The translations under genes and the position numbers were made by a program. The notes under the pieces were generated by a model. It saw only the letters and a list, made by a program, of their open reading frames with translations. It was not told the DNA's origin and did not search any database. This document shows, one piece after another, positions 36,356 to 45,087 of a stretch of DNA of 45,408 nucleotides (its first letter is position 1; the number at the start of each line of letters is the position of its first letter). The stretch is taken from positions 1-45,408 of IMG/VR virus record IMGVR_UViG_3300048578_000324; one strand, given 5' to 3'. The stretch comes from a virus. Lineage: Duplodnaviria > Caudoviricetes.

Positions 36356-37435
36356 CTACATGGACACGGCTTCACGCACCCCGACGTACTGGGCCTGCCG
36401 GGGCAGCCCGCCTTCGTTGACCGGCGGTGCGGCCTCGTACTGGATGACCTTGCCGACCCAGCTTTCCCGGTCCTCCCAGATCGCCTTGCGGTCGGCGTCT
36501 GTCAGGCCCTTGCGGCAGCCGATCTTGATCTCCTTGCCGGTGGCGAGGTCACGGGCGAGGAACTTGCCGGCCGTCCCGGCGGGGACCTTGCCGGCCTTGG
36601 AGGAACCTCGGCGGCCCTCCACGCCCGCGTCGGACACCTTCCGCGCGTTGGTGTTGGTCGTCTGCTCGATGACCTCCAGCACCTCGGCCTCCTGGAGGTC
36701 GCGCTGCTTGACCTTCAGCAGATCGCCTTCGGTCGCCGTGGCGCGACCATGCTTGTAGGCACTGTCGGCGCGTCGGAGGATGATGCCCTCGTAGCCCTCG
36801 TCCATGACGCGGGCCGCGAACGTGGCCAGCTTCTCGCCGGCCTCAGGATCGGCGAGGTCGACGAGGTATTGGTCGGCCAGGAGGATGTTGAGGCCGGTGC
36901 CGTTGCTCCACGCAGGCGTGGCGTAAGGCTTCTGGGCAGTCTCGATGGTGGGGCGAGCGCCATGCGGATGGTGGAACACGCGGCGGAGATAGGACTGGCG
37001 GCGCATGGCGTCGGGGTTCGTGCCTTCCATGGCCGCAGAGGGCATATGGTCGAACACCACGAAGTCCAGCGACCCGCCGGCTTCGGCACAGGCCTTCTGG
37101 GCCTGGGGGAACACGTCCGTGCCCGCGTGGTATCCCGCCGCCAGCAGCTCACCGTCCAGCCCCGCGACCGGCATGGCCATGGCCAGCTTGGTCAGCGCTC
37201 GGTGCATCATCCGGTTGGGGACGACGTTGCCGCTGCGGGTGAAGGGGATCGGCGGGTAGGTGTGGTGCCTGCCGCTGCGGCCACTGGGGCCGGGAGCCAA
37301 GTAGTCCACCGTGCAGCGCACGCCATCCAGCTTGACGCTGGCGAGGTACCGTCCGGTGTTGGAGCCGGCCCATTCGCGGAGGTCCTGGGGGCGGATGATC
37401 TCGGACGCGGCGAGCATGGGCTTGCGGAATGTCAT
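36356..37435 (-). CDS. ATP-dependent DNA ligase
   Basis: KLDGVR, LDGE, FVVFD, YEGIILR, LLKVK. Confidence 0.93.
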   Translation of the reverse strand: MTFRKPMLAASEIIRPQDLREWAGSNTGRYLASVKLDGVRCTVDYLAPGPSGRSGRHHTYPPIPFTRSGNVVPNRMMHRALTKLAMAMPVAGLDGELLAAGYHAGTDVFPQAQKACAEAGGSLDFVVFDHMPSAAMEGTNPDAMRRQSYLRRVFHHPHGARPTIETAQKPYATPAWSNGTGLNILLADQYLVDLADPEAGEKLATFAARVMDEGYEGIILRRADSAYKHGRATATEGDLLKVKQRDLQEAEVLEVIEQTTNTNARKVSDAGVEGRRGSSKAGKVPAGTAGKFLARDLATGKEIKIGCRKGLTDADRKAIWEDRESWVGKVIQYEAAPPVNEGGLPRQAQYVGVREAVSM

Positions 37436-37459
37436 GGGGTTGGCTCCCTGGGTTGGCCG

Positions 37460-37509
37460 AAAAAGAAAAGGCCCCTCCAGGCCAACCGGATGGTCGGCTT
37501 GGAGAGGCC
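37460..37509 (-). terminator. Intrinsic terminator downstream of the RNAP gene
   Basis: Long hairpin GGCCTCTCCA..ATCC..TGGAGGGGCC followed by TTTTCTTTTT. Confidence 0.85.
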
Positions 37510-37606
37510 AGTTGGGCTCAGACTAGTGGGGTCTAGGTCTGGGCGGGAGAGGTGGACCGTGCAGGGAACTTCGCGTTTACATGTTCTAATGTGGTGACAT
37601 TGAACG

Positions 37607-40318
37607 TCACGCGAAGAAATACGCTGATTTCCGCACGGCTTCGATATCGAGACTTCCCGTTACGAACGGAACGTCTAGCTGTTCTTCGGACTTTTCAGTG
37701 GCCGCGATCGGGTCGAGCCCGCCGTCCGTGATGTGATGCGCCGTAAGGACGCGGAGGCAGCCCGCCCGGAAGAGGTCCAGAGCATTGTCGCGGTGGACCT
37801 GCACGAAGGCTTCCCGCAACGCCTCGTCCAGCTCGTCCATCAGGGCCATGTGGGTGCCGTAGGCATCGTGGATGGTCGTGATGTCTCGGATGCCCCGCTT
37901 GCGTGCCTCGTGGATGGTGAGGTCTAGGGCGGCGGCGTCCAGCGAGTGGATGAAGTTGGGCGGAACTCCCCTGAGCTGGTCTTCCAGGTCAAGGGTATCG
38001 GTCGGCTCGGTGACGCGGAGGCTGACCATCTCGCCGAACAGCCGCATCTGCACCTTCTTGCTGGCGAACTTCCCGTAGAAGTGCCTCACCACGAAGCCCG
38101 AGGGCGTCGACCAGAAGATGGGGGCGCCAGCCTCGGCGGTGGCCCTGGCCTGTGAGACCAGCCAGCGCATGACGGCCATCGGCCCCTTGAGCTGGTTGTT
38201 CACAACGTCCCACATCTTCACGGAGAGATAGCGGCAGTATTCCATTCGCTTCTTGAAGGCTTCCCGGTCAAGAGCGTAGGTCGGCGGGGCGGTTGCCTTG
38301 CCGTCCTTGATGGAACTATCCAGCCACTTGCACGTATACTTGAAGAACGCATCACGGGAACCGCCATAGGGCAGCACCATGACCTGTCGCTTCGTGAGGG
38401 TACGCTTGAAGCTGCCCTCGCAGATGTCGAGCCACCAGCCGGCAGCTTCGGCCGAGGCACCGCCCAGCTCAAGGTCCGCCTCCGCGAGCGCCTGAAGCGC
38501 CTCGGCGACTACCCGATAGATGTCCTGCTGGAAGGGCTGGGGCACGAGGTTGACGAGACGGCCGGCCTCCTCGTCCCGCGTGATGGCGGCGAGGTGCTGG
38601 ATACCGTTGCACGTGCCATCGGCGTAGCCCGGCAGAGAGCACTCGTAGTCCTCGGGGTTTGCCAACTCGTAGGCTGCCCCAACCTCGAAGCATGAGGCGA
38701 GGAAGCACCACGGCTTGTCCATGTCCGACCAGAAGTCGATCATGGCCAAGGGGTCCTGGTGGGTCTGTCGGATCAGAGGCAGGTGCTCCATGGTCCACGC
38801 AACCCGCTCGTCCAGGGTGGCCTTGTCGAAGCCAGCCATGTTGGCGGTGTGGATCAGGAGTCGCCGCAGTCCGCGAGCGCCGAGGCGCATCGGCCGTGCG
38901 AAGGTAAGCAGCCCGCGAGCAATGTGGTCGCCCTGGGGCTGGAGCGCGATGGCCATCGGGTACTTGCGGCCCCGAAAGTCCATCATGTGTGGGAAGTAGA
39001 CTTGCTCGAATTCCCGGTAGCGGATGGCTTGCTGCACGATGGTGTCGACGCGCTGCCGCTGCCTGATGCTGTGGGCATTGCGGGACGCCACGCCTGTCGC
39101 CTGCCGCTTCCACTCGTTCGTGCGCTCCTCCTTCTCCCGCATGTCGTCGGGCAGCTCGGCGTGGGGCACGTCGGGGTGGAGCTTGCGGTAGGCCTTCACC
39201 TCCTCCAGCTCTTCCTCATAGCCCGCGTATTTGGGCGGGGTCTCGTCCTTGCGCAGGAGGGGCAGCTTGCCGATGCCCTTGTCGAGGGAGCCCGGCCGCT
39301 TGGTGTCGGCCGCCCAGCACGCCAGCAACACGTCGAGCACCCGCGCGTTGATGCGCCATGGCGTCTCCTGGAGAGCGTGCAGCGCCTCGTAGACCACAGG
39401 CATGTCGAGGGCTTGGTAGTCCTCCCACGCCCAGGTCTTCTGCTGCGTGGTCGACGCCTTGAACCGGATGAGGTTCGGATGCCGGATGACGGGCGTGTGG
39501 TAGCCGCCGTTTAGCATGTTGGTCCACCGCTTGGGTGGGATGACCGTGGGGCCGAGCACCGGGTTGGCGAGCGAGTGCCGCTCCAGGGCGGAGGTGAGCA
39601 TGTCGAGGGCCGCATCCGACAGGCGGATCATGCGGTCGGGTGCCCGTGTCGGGTTTCGCTTCTCGCCCGGCTCAAGCTGGCGCGGCTCTTCGGTCAGCCA
39701 GTTGGTCCCCGTCTGGATTGCCCGCAGGACGGTGATACCTACGGCCGCCTGCGTGCTGGAGGGCCAGTTGGACCACTCCAGCTCCGGCTGCTTCTCCATG
39801 AGGGCGTTGAACTTGGCGACGTTCACCTTATAGCGGTGACCGGCGGTGGCCCCCTGCTGGTCCAGCTTGAACTGGGTCTTGGTGAAGGCCTCTGGCTCGG
39901 CCGCAGCCCAGGTGCGGACGTTCAGCTCGTGCTCGATGGTGCTGCCTACAACCACGGCGAGGCGGTTGGCGCTCATGCTGGCTTCAGGGTCGGACAGGTG
40001 GTTGACGATGGCGTGAAGCCCAATGAAGCAGGCGTCTTCCGGTGGCAGCTTCAACAGGTACTGGAAGGCAACCGGCTTGTGCGGCGCCCTCTTCCAGCCC
40101 TTCAGCGCCTCGCTCAGCACCTCGGCGCTGGGCGTGATGCCGGCGATTATCGCCTGCTCGAAGGGCTTCAGCTGCCCCATGGTTCCGCGCTTCCTGGCCT
40201 TGTCGACGGTATCCAGGAAGGTGTCGCGCCCTTCATGAAGCATGTCCAATTCAACCGCCACCTGCTCCTCCCAGAGCGGATGGTCGCGGGGGTCGTCTAC
40301 CTCGATGTCCCAAGCCAT
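37607..40318 (-). CDS. Single-subunit DNA-directed RNA polymerase (gp1)
   Basis: DFRGRKY, DGTCNGIQH, RTLTKRQVMVLPYG, PNFIHSLDA, IHDAY, C-terminal YFFA. Confidence 0.98.
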   Translation of the reverse strand: MAWDIEVDDPRDHPLWEEQVAVELDMLHEGRDTFLDTVDKARKRGTMGQLKPFEQAIIAGITPSAEVLSEALKGWKRAPHKPVAFQYLLKLPPEDACFIGLHAIVNHLSDPEASMSANRLAVVVGSTIEHELNVRTWAAAEPEAFTKTQFKLDQQGATAGHRYKVNVAKFNALMEKQPELEWSNWPSSTQAAVGITVLRAIQTGTNWLTEEPRQLEPGEKRNPTRAPDRMIRLSDAALDMLTSALERHSLANPVLGPTVIPPKRWTNMLNGGYHTPVIRHPNLIRFKASTTQQKTWAWEDYQALDMPVVYEALHALQETPWRINARVLDVLLACWAADTKRPGSLDKGIGKLPLLRKDETPPKYAGYEEELEEVKAYRKLHPDVPHAELPDDMREKEERTNEWKRQATGVASRNAHSIRQRQRVDTIVQQAIRYREFEQVYFPHMMDFRGRKYPMAIALQPQGDHIARGLLTFARPMRLGARGLRRLLIHTANMAGFDKATLDERVAWTMEHLPLIRQTHQDPLAMIDFWSDMDKPWCFLASCFEVGAAYELANPEDYECSLPGYADGTCNGIQHLAAITRDEEAGRLVNLVPQPFQQDIYRVVAEALQALAEADLELGGASAEAAGWWLDICEGSFKRTLTKRQVMVLPYGGSRDAFFKYTCKWLDSSIKDGKATAPPTYALDREAFKKRMEYCRYLSVKMWDVVNNQLKGPMAVMRWLVSQARATAEAGAPIFWSTPSGFVVRHFYGKFASKKVQMRLFGEMVSLRVTEPTDTLDLEDQLRGVPPNFIHSLDAAALDLTIHEARKRGIRDITTIHDAYGTHMALMDELDEALREAFVQVHRDNALDLFRAGCLRVLTAHHITDGGLDPIAATEKSEEQLDVPFVTGSLDIEAVRKSAYFFA

Positions 40319-40345
40319 TGTGGCTGCCCCTGTTCTGGTTCAGTC

Positions 40346-40382
40346 AAAGCAAAGCCCCCGCATCCGGGTGGACGCGAGGGCC
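40346..40382 (-). terminator. Putative intrinsic terminator just upstream of the RNAP gene
   Basis: GCCCTCGCGTCC-ACCC-GGATGCGGGGGC followed by TTTGCTTT. Confidence 0.7.
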
Positions 40383-40413
40383 TGTATTGTGCCGTCCGGT
40401 GTTGGCGGAGGGT

Positions 40414-40890
40414 CTAGTCGATCCAGCCGAGGAAGATGCCCAACTCGGCGGGCTTGTCGTCCTTGGCAGGCCGGGTCGTCACGGTCAGCTGATAGTGCTT
40501 GGCACGCTCGCCGCTCTCGTCCTGCTTGAGCCACGCCTTGAAGCGCGTACGGACGACGGCCTTCTGCCACGTGGTGTCGGTCAGGTTCTCGTCCTTGACC
40601 TTGCTGGCCTGGACGCCACCATTGGCCTTGTAGAACGGCCAGTAGGTCTGCGGCAGCGAGATGTCGGTCCACTTGCCCTTATCGGGGCCGATGAGCGCGG
40701 CGAGGCGGTCGAAGTTGTCCCACGGGTGGCGGTACGTGGAGGCCGCCACGGGCGGGGCCTTCCTGGTCAGCTCCTCGGGAGCCTCGTCCCAGGTGCGGGG
40801 CGCGAAGGCCTGCTCGAAGTCGACATTGCCCCAGTCGATGCTGGGTGTCGTCGGGGCGGGCTGCTCGGTCTTGGTCGTGGTCTTAGCCAT
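40414..40890 (-). CDS. Hypothetical protein between recombinase and RNAP
   Basis: GGAGAG RBS; 158 aa; strong codon bias. Confidence 0.8.
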   Translation of the reverse strand: MAKTTTKTEQPAPTTPSIDWGNVDFEQAFAPRTWDEAPEELTRKAPPVAASTYRHPWDNFDRLAALIGPDKGKWTDISLPQTYWPFYKANGGVQASKVKDENLTDTTWQKAVVRTRFKAWLKQDESGERAKHYQLTVTTRPAKDDKPAELGIFLGWID

Positions 40891-40977
40891 TGGTCGCTCT
40901 CCATTGTGCTAGTCGTTATGCCCGCTTGAGGCAGGCCTGAGGCAGTGGGAACCGCCTCGTCTGAAGCCCTTGCGGTG

Positions 40978-41877
40978 TCAGGCGGCTTTCGTACCTGAAT
41001 TCCTCGTCGTACCAGCTCCGCTGGAGAGGCCAGCCGAGCCAAACGTCGATGTCGGTGGCAGCCACTTACGCTGCTCCTGCGTCTTGAAGCCGCCGACCAG
41101 CTCCAAGTACCCCTGCGTCGTGATGATGGAGGAGTGCCCCAGGTAGTCCTTGAGGACCGCAGTTGGCATTCCGCCGGCAGTCAACAGTCGGGCGGCGCTG
41201 CGGCGAAGAGCCTTCAGCGTGGCGCCGTGCGTGTCCTGCCAGCCCATGGCCTTGCGGATGACGGCCCATTCGTTGGCCGCTGTCCTGTACTCCATGCCCA
41301 CGAGGGGGTGTCCGGTGCTGGGGAGGTCGGCAATCTCGTCCTGGAACAGCTCCAGGGCATCCGGCCAGAGTGCGATCTGACGCTGGCTCGATGCGGTCTT
41401 GGTGCCGGGCACCGCTAGGTCCACCTGCCAGCCTTCGCCATCCCGCCATGCCGTGAAGTCGCGGCGCTGCACGCGCAGGGCTTCCTCGACGCGCATCCCC
41501 GTGAAGTAGATCAGGCGGATGAGGAGGGACATGCGGCTCGTCGGGCAGACGGCCATGACCGCCTTCAGTTCGTCAGGCGGGAGCCACCACTTCAGCACCT
41601 TCTTGCGGCGTGGCCGCGTGCCCTTCGGCACGTCGACCCCAAGGCAAGACAGGGCGGAGAGGCGCGAATTGACGGTGGACCACGCGTAGCCTTCATCCAG
41701 CCACTCGTCCACCGCGTCGTCCAGCGCCTCCTCGGTGGCGTTGGCGGGGCCATCAATCGTGAGCCCTCGAAGGGTCTCGATGGCCTTGCCTGCTTGGCAG
41801 AGCATGGTCCGCTCGTTTCGCGTCCCTGCCCAGCGCTTTTTCGTCACGCGGTCGAGTACGGTATCCCAAGCGTCCAT
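40978..41877 (-). CDS. int: Tyrosine recombinase / integrase
   Basis: TGMRVEEAL (R), GTKT (K), LKALRRS (KxxR), LGHSS (H), TQGY (Y); GGGAG RBS before the ATG at 41877. Confidence 0.9.
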   Translation of the reverse strand: MDAWDTVLDRVTKKRWAGTRNERTMLCQAGKAIETLRGLTIDGPANATEEALDDAVDEWLDEGYAWSTVNSRLSALSCLGVDVPKGTRPRRKKVLKWWLPPDELKAVMAVCPTSRMSLLIRLIYFTGMRVEEALRVQRRDFTAWRDGEGWQVDLAVPGTKTASSQRQIALWPDALELFQDEIADLPSTGHPLVGMEYRTAANEWAVIRKAMGWQDTHGATLKALRRSAARLLTAGGMPTAVLKDYLGHSSIITTQGYLELVGGFKTQEQRKWLPPTSTFGSAGLSSGAGTTRNSGTKAA

Positions 41878-41917
41878 GCTCTGTGCTCCCATCACATCGT
41901 TGGGGCGTTCTGCCCTA

Positions 41918-42475
41918 TCAGCTGCCCGTCGCGGTCTTGGTGGTCGACAGCTCGACATCCTCGACCGTCTCGACGCCGTGATCCTTGGCCGCCTTCTCGA
42001 CGGCCAGCCGGTAGGCCTCGCCCGTGGCGGTGCCCTCGGCGTGGGCCAGGACCTCGTAGCCCTGGGCGGACAGCTGGTCGGCAATATCGACCACATCCTC
42101 GTCGCTGTCCAGGTCGACGTTGGTGTCGATGCCCAGAAGCTCGGCGACGCGGGCCTGACGATACTCGGCGTTGGCCGGGAAGGTCATCTCGGCGTCGGTC
42201 TCGGTGTCGATGCCGGTCCAGTCCAGGTCCTGGGCGTCGATGGGGTTCTCGTCGGCCAGCGTCTTGGCGAAGTCGGGGCCGAGGCGCTGTTCGTACCACG
42301 TCAGGCGCGTCTGGAGGTGGGCGGCGGCGAAGCCCTCGGACCAGTCGGGACGGTCACCCGGATCGGTGGTGATGATGCCGGTGAAGGCGTCGACCTGGAT
42401 GGTACCTTCCTGGTCCTGCATGTGGACAGTGATGGTCTTGACGGGCGTGCCGTCCTCATTGCGCAGTTCGTTCAT
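41918..42475 (-). CDS. Highly acidic hypothetical protein
   Basis: 185 aa, very Asp/Glu-rich; AAGGG RBS. Confidence 0.8.
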   Translation of the reverse strand: MNELRNEDGTPVKTITVHMQDQEGTIQVDAFTGIITTDPGDRPDWSEGFAAAHLQTRLTWYEQRLGPDFAKTLADENPIDAQDLDWTGIDTETDAEMTFPANAEYRQARVAELLGIDTNVDLDSDEDVVDIADQLSAQGYEVLAHAEGTATGEAYRLAVEKAAKDHGVETVEDVELSTTKTATGS

Positions 42476-42570
42476 GCGGGTGGTCCCTTGTGCACTGGGG
42501 TTGACCCTAGGTGGCCCCGCCGGGTCGGGTCCTGCCCGGCGGAGTGTTTCATGTGGTTGGGTGCGGCGGG

Positions 42571-43206
42571 TTACTGGAGCGTGGCGCCAATGGGCGGGTC
42601 AACCGGGTCGGCCGTTGTGTCGCGCGGGATGTCGAACAGCGAGGGGCCGGCGAACAGGGCGCCGAGGATGGAGGAGGCCATCACGTGCGCCATGTAGCGT
42701 TGACGAGCCTCCTGCTCCATGTCCATGACGGCGGAGGGTGCGATGCCCTGGAGGAGGCCGGCGGCATAGGCCGTCGCCTCGATGTCGGTCGCGAACGGGG
42801 TACGGTCGCTCTCGGCGAAGCCCCGCGTCACGAACTGGTAGCGCTTGCCGCCGTCCTCGTGCTTGTCCCAGGGGTACGTCGCGTAGGTGAACAGGGCGTG
42901 GCCCATTTCGCTGATACCCTCAGGCGCAGTCAGCATCACACCGACGTAGCGAACAGGCTTGTCGCCCGTGCAGTCCTCCGCCCAGAGGCGCCAGATGCCC
43001 AGGATGACGGTGCCCTCAGCCTTGCGCTCGGCGCGGCTGCGGACCTCCTGAAACTCGACGCTGTCACTCGGAAGACGGTAGGCCTTGCCGTCCGCCTGCC
43101 CCCACAGGAACGTGTCGAAGTAGCCGAGCGTCGTGGCGAGGTTATCACCCACGAGGCCGGGCAGCACGGCGAACGGCTCGCGCATGGGGTTGAAGTCGTG
43201 CTTCAT
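42571..43206 (-). CDS. Hypothetical protein
   Basis: AGGAGAG RBS; 211 aa. Confidence 0.8.
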   Translation of the reverse strand: MKHDFNPMREPFAVLPGLVGDNLATTLGYFDTFLWGQADGKAYRLPSDSVEFQEVRSRAERKAEGTVILGIWRLWAEDCTGDKPVRYVGVMLTAPEGISEMGHALFTYATYPWDKHEDGGKRYQFVTRGFAESDRTPFATDIEATAYAAGLLQGIAPSAVMDMEQEARQRYMAHVMASSILGALFAGPSLFDIPRDTTADPVDPPIGATLQ

Positions 43207-43420
43207 GGTCTCTCTCCTGTATGTCGGTCACGTGCCGGGCGATCAGTCGGACCCCTGCGATGGCCAGCACGCCCAGCGCGAGGTAAATCGAAGGCAGCCA
43301 GCCCCAAGCCTGGAACTGGCTGACCTTGAAGGCTGCCCCGACGCCCAGCGCGAGCCAGACGACGAGGCCGATGAGGCAGGCGCCCTGTTCGTCCCGCCTA
43401 GGCGGCGAGCGAGAGGGCAT
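43145..43420 (-). CDS. Small 2-TM membrane protein
   Basis: GGAGG RBS before the ATG at 43420; two hydrophobic segments; overlaps both neighbours. Confidence 0.5.
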   Translation of the reverse strand: MPSRSPPRRDEQGACLIGLVVWLALGVGAAFKVSQFQAWGWLPSIYLALGVLAIAGVRLIARHVTDIQERDHEARLQPHARAVRRAARPRG

Positions 43421-43643
43421 GGTCGAAGGCCTCCGCATTGAGGGCGTCCACGGCCGCGTTGATGTCCTGCTGGTGGTCACCCGTCTTGATGATGCGCAGC
43501 TGGTTGCGGCGGTAGCCGTGGTCCAGGTAGTCCTCCAGCTCGTCCTCGACCGTGCTGCGGTCGTAGTCGCCGAACTCGATGCACCAGCGTCCGGTGCGGG
43601 CATCACGTGACAGAAGGGTGTGGTAGGTGCGGGACTTGGCCAT
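43398..43643 (-). CDS. Hypothetical early protein
   Basis: GGAGAG RBS; WCIEFGDYDR..V..E segment. Confidence 0.75.
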   Translation of the reverse strand: MAKSRTYHTLLSRDARTGRWCIEFGDYDRSTVEDELEDYLDHGYRRNQLRIIKTGDHQQDINAAVDALNAEAFDHALSLAA

Positions 43644-43759
43644 ATCGCTCTCCATTGGGTGGCCGTGGGTGAATGCCTCATGCATCCAACGCGAGGCAGA
43701 GCGAGTGCCCTGCCCCGACTTGGTGGCATGTTGGTCATGGGGTTGGTGCGGCGGGTTGG

Positions 43760-43831
43760 TCAGAAGGGACCGAACACCGCGAAGCAGAGGATGGCGAACC
43801 AGAAGGCGCCAGCGGCTAGGTCATGCAGCAT
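43760..43831 (-). CDS. 23-aa hydrophobic peptide
   Basis: GGAGG RBS 9 nt before ATG; MLHDLAAGAFWFAILCFAVFGPF. Confidence 0.5.
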   Translation of the reverse strand: MLHDLAAGAFWFAILCFAVFGPF

Positions 43832-44033
43832 CGGGCTGGGCCTCCGCGTTGAACCTCGCGAGCCACTGGGCAGCCGTTAGGATCAGGTAGCGGTCTTGGT
43901 TGACGCTCTCCACGAACACGCGGGAGAACACTTCGCAGACGGCGCGGCCCGTCTCGCGGTTGACCACGACCCAGCTACCACAGTGGGGCTCTAGGTCAGG
44001 GACGGAGGGCTTGCCGGTTATGACGCTGGGCAT
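43821..44033 (-). CDS. Hypothetical early protein
   Basis: GAGGTGA RBS; 70 aa. Confidence 0.7.
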   Translation of the reverse strand: MPSVITGKPSVPDLEPHCGSWVVVNRETGRAVCEVFSRVFVESVNQDRYLILTAAQWLARFNAEAQPDAA

Positions 44034-44036
44034 AGC

Positions 44037-44420
44037 TCACCTCACCCAGTAGGTAACGCCATCAAAGTCGATGGCCGTGTAGTCGATCTTGAGCTGGTCG
44101 GCGGCGGCTTCCCAGTCGATACAGTTGAGGGGCCACGAGGCCTTCGGGTCGATTGCCCCGATGTCGGCCGCAAGCTCCTCGGCGTACTGCTCGAAATAGC
44201 TGTCTCGGACCAGTGTGGCGCCGTACTGCCAGTCGTCCGCGTAGTTCTCGCCGTCCTTGGCCAGCGCCTGAAGCGTGGCCAGCTCGGCGGCTTCGTCCGG
44301 TGACGCTTCGGCCCAGTCGCCGTCCTCGAAGCTGTCGCGCTCTGCCTCAAGCTCCTCAATGCGGGCGATCACGTCGCGGCTGTCGATCACGTCGTCAGAG
44401 TTGGTGATGTCGGTGGTCAT
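44037..44420 (-). CDS. Acidic ArdA-like antirestriction protein (putative DNA mimic)
   Basis: Very acidic; YAEELAADIG..CIDWEAAADQLKIDY recalls ArdA C-terminal domains; early position. Confidence 0.6.
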   Translation of the reverse strand: MTTDITNSDDVIDSRDVIARIEELEAERDSFEDGDWAEASPDEAAELATLQALAKDGENYADDWQYGATLVRDSYFEQYAEELAADIGAIDPKASWPLNCIDWEAAADQLKIDYTAIDFDGVTYWVR

Positions 44421-44423
44421 GGG

Positions 44424-44669
44424 TCAGCCCTCCCCGCGCTCAAGAGCACGAAGCGCCTTGAGGGTCGGCTTGCCCTTGCCCCCGATCTCGCGCCATGCGG
44501 CGGTGACGGCCGCGCCTTCGTGGTTCCACGGCGCCGTGCCCCCGAGTGTGAAACCGATGGTCGACGCAACGCTGGACATGAAGCGGTCCAGCTTGGTGGC
44601 ATCCTGTGCCCATGCGTAAAGGTCGATGAGCTTGGCACGGTAAGCGGCGATGAATGCGGTCTTGGTCAT
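44424..44669 (-). CDS. Hypothetical early protein
   Basis: GAGG RBS before MTKTAF; tight packing with the next gene. Confidence 0.7.
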   Translation of the reverse strand: MTKTAFIAAYRAKLIDLYAWAQDATKLDRFMSSVASTIGFTLGGTAPWNHEGAAVTAAWREIGGKGKPTLKALRALERGEG

Positions 44670-44776
44670 GGTCTTGCCTCTAGGCAAAGCGCGAGGGTTG
44701 CCCCTAGCGCATCGCCAGGGGCTTGGCCTCTTGCGGATTGGTGGAATGGGTTGGTCAGGCGTCCGGTGACTTGGGG

Positions 44777-45085
44777 CTAGATGCCCTCAAGGCGGCAAGT
44801 CCGCATGAACCGGACGGTGTTGCGGCGGTCGCGCTTACAGGCGCGGCCATAGGTGCCGACCAACAGGTCAGAGCCAATGGCGGACATCGGCGGACGCTTA
44901 GGTCCATAGAAGCGCACCGGGTCGGTACCCTGAGGCCCGAACAGGTTGTACATGGCGTAACCGACGAGGGTCCGCCCATCGGCTCCAAAGATGGGAACCT
45001 TGGCGAAGCCGTGAGCGGCGCAGAACTCGGCGTCCTTTTTGGCATAGAGCCGTGCATTGCGGACGATGAGGCGAGGGTCGGACAT
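44777..45085 (-). CDS. Basic hypothetical early protein
   Basis: GGAGG RBS; 102 aa. Confidence 0.6.
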   Translation of the reverse strand: MSDPRLIVRNARLYAKKDAEFCAAHGFAKVPIFGADGRTLVGYAMYNLFGPQGTDPVRFYGPKRPPMSAIGSDLLVGTYGRACKRDRRNTVRFMRTCRLEGI

Positions 45086-45087
45086 GG

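Noticed and set aside
37524-37546. Similarity to 43982-44005 as a phage promoter consensus
   Set aside because: Needs indels, the second copy is inside a coding region, and no copies were seen before late genes.
37560-37606. Possible LexA box or dif-like site
   Set aside because: GAAC-N7-TTAC and ATGTAAA are only partial matches; neither consensus is met.
41878-42096. N-terminal extension of the integrase in the ORF track
   Set aside because: Overlaps the acidic gene out of frame; a good RBS precedes the ATG at 41877.
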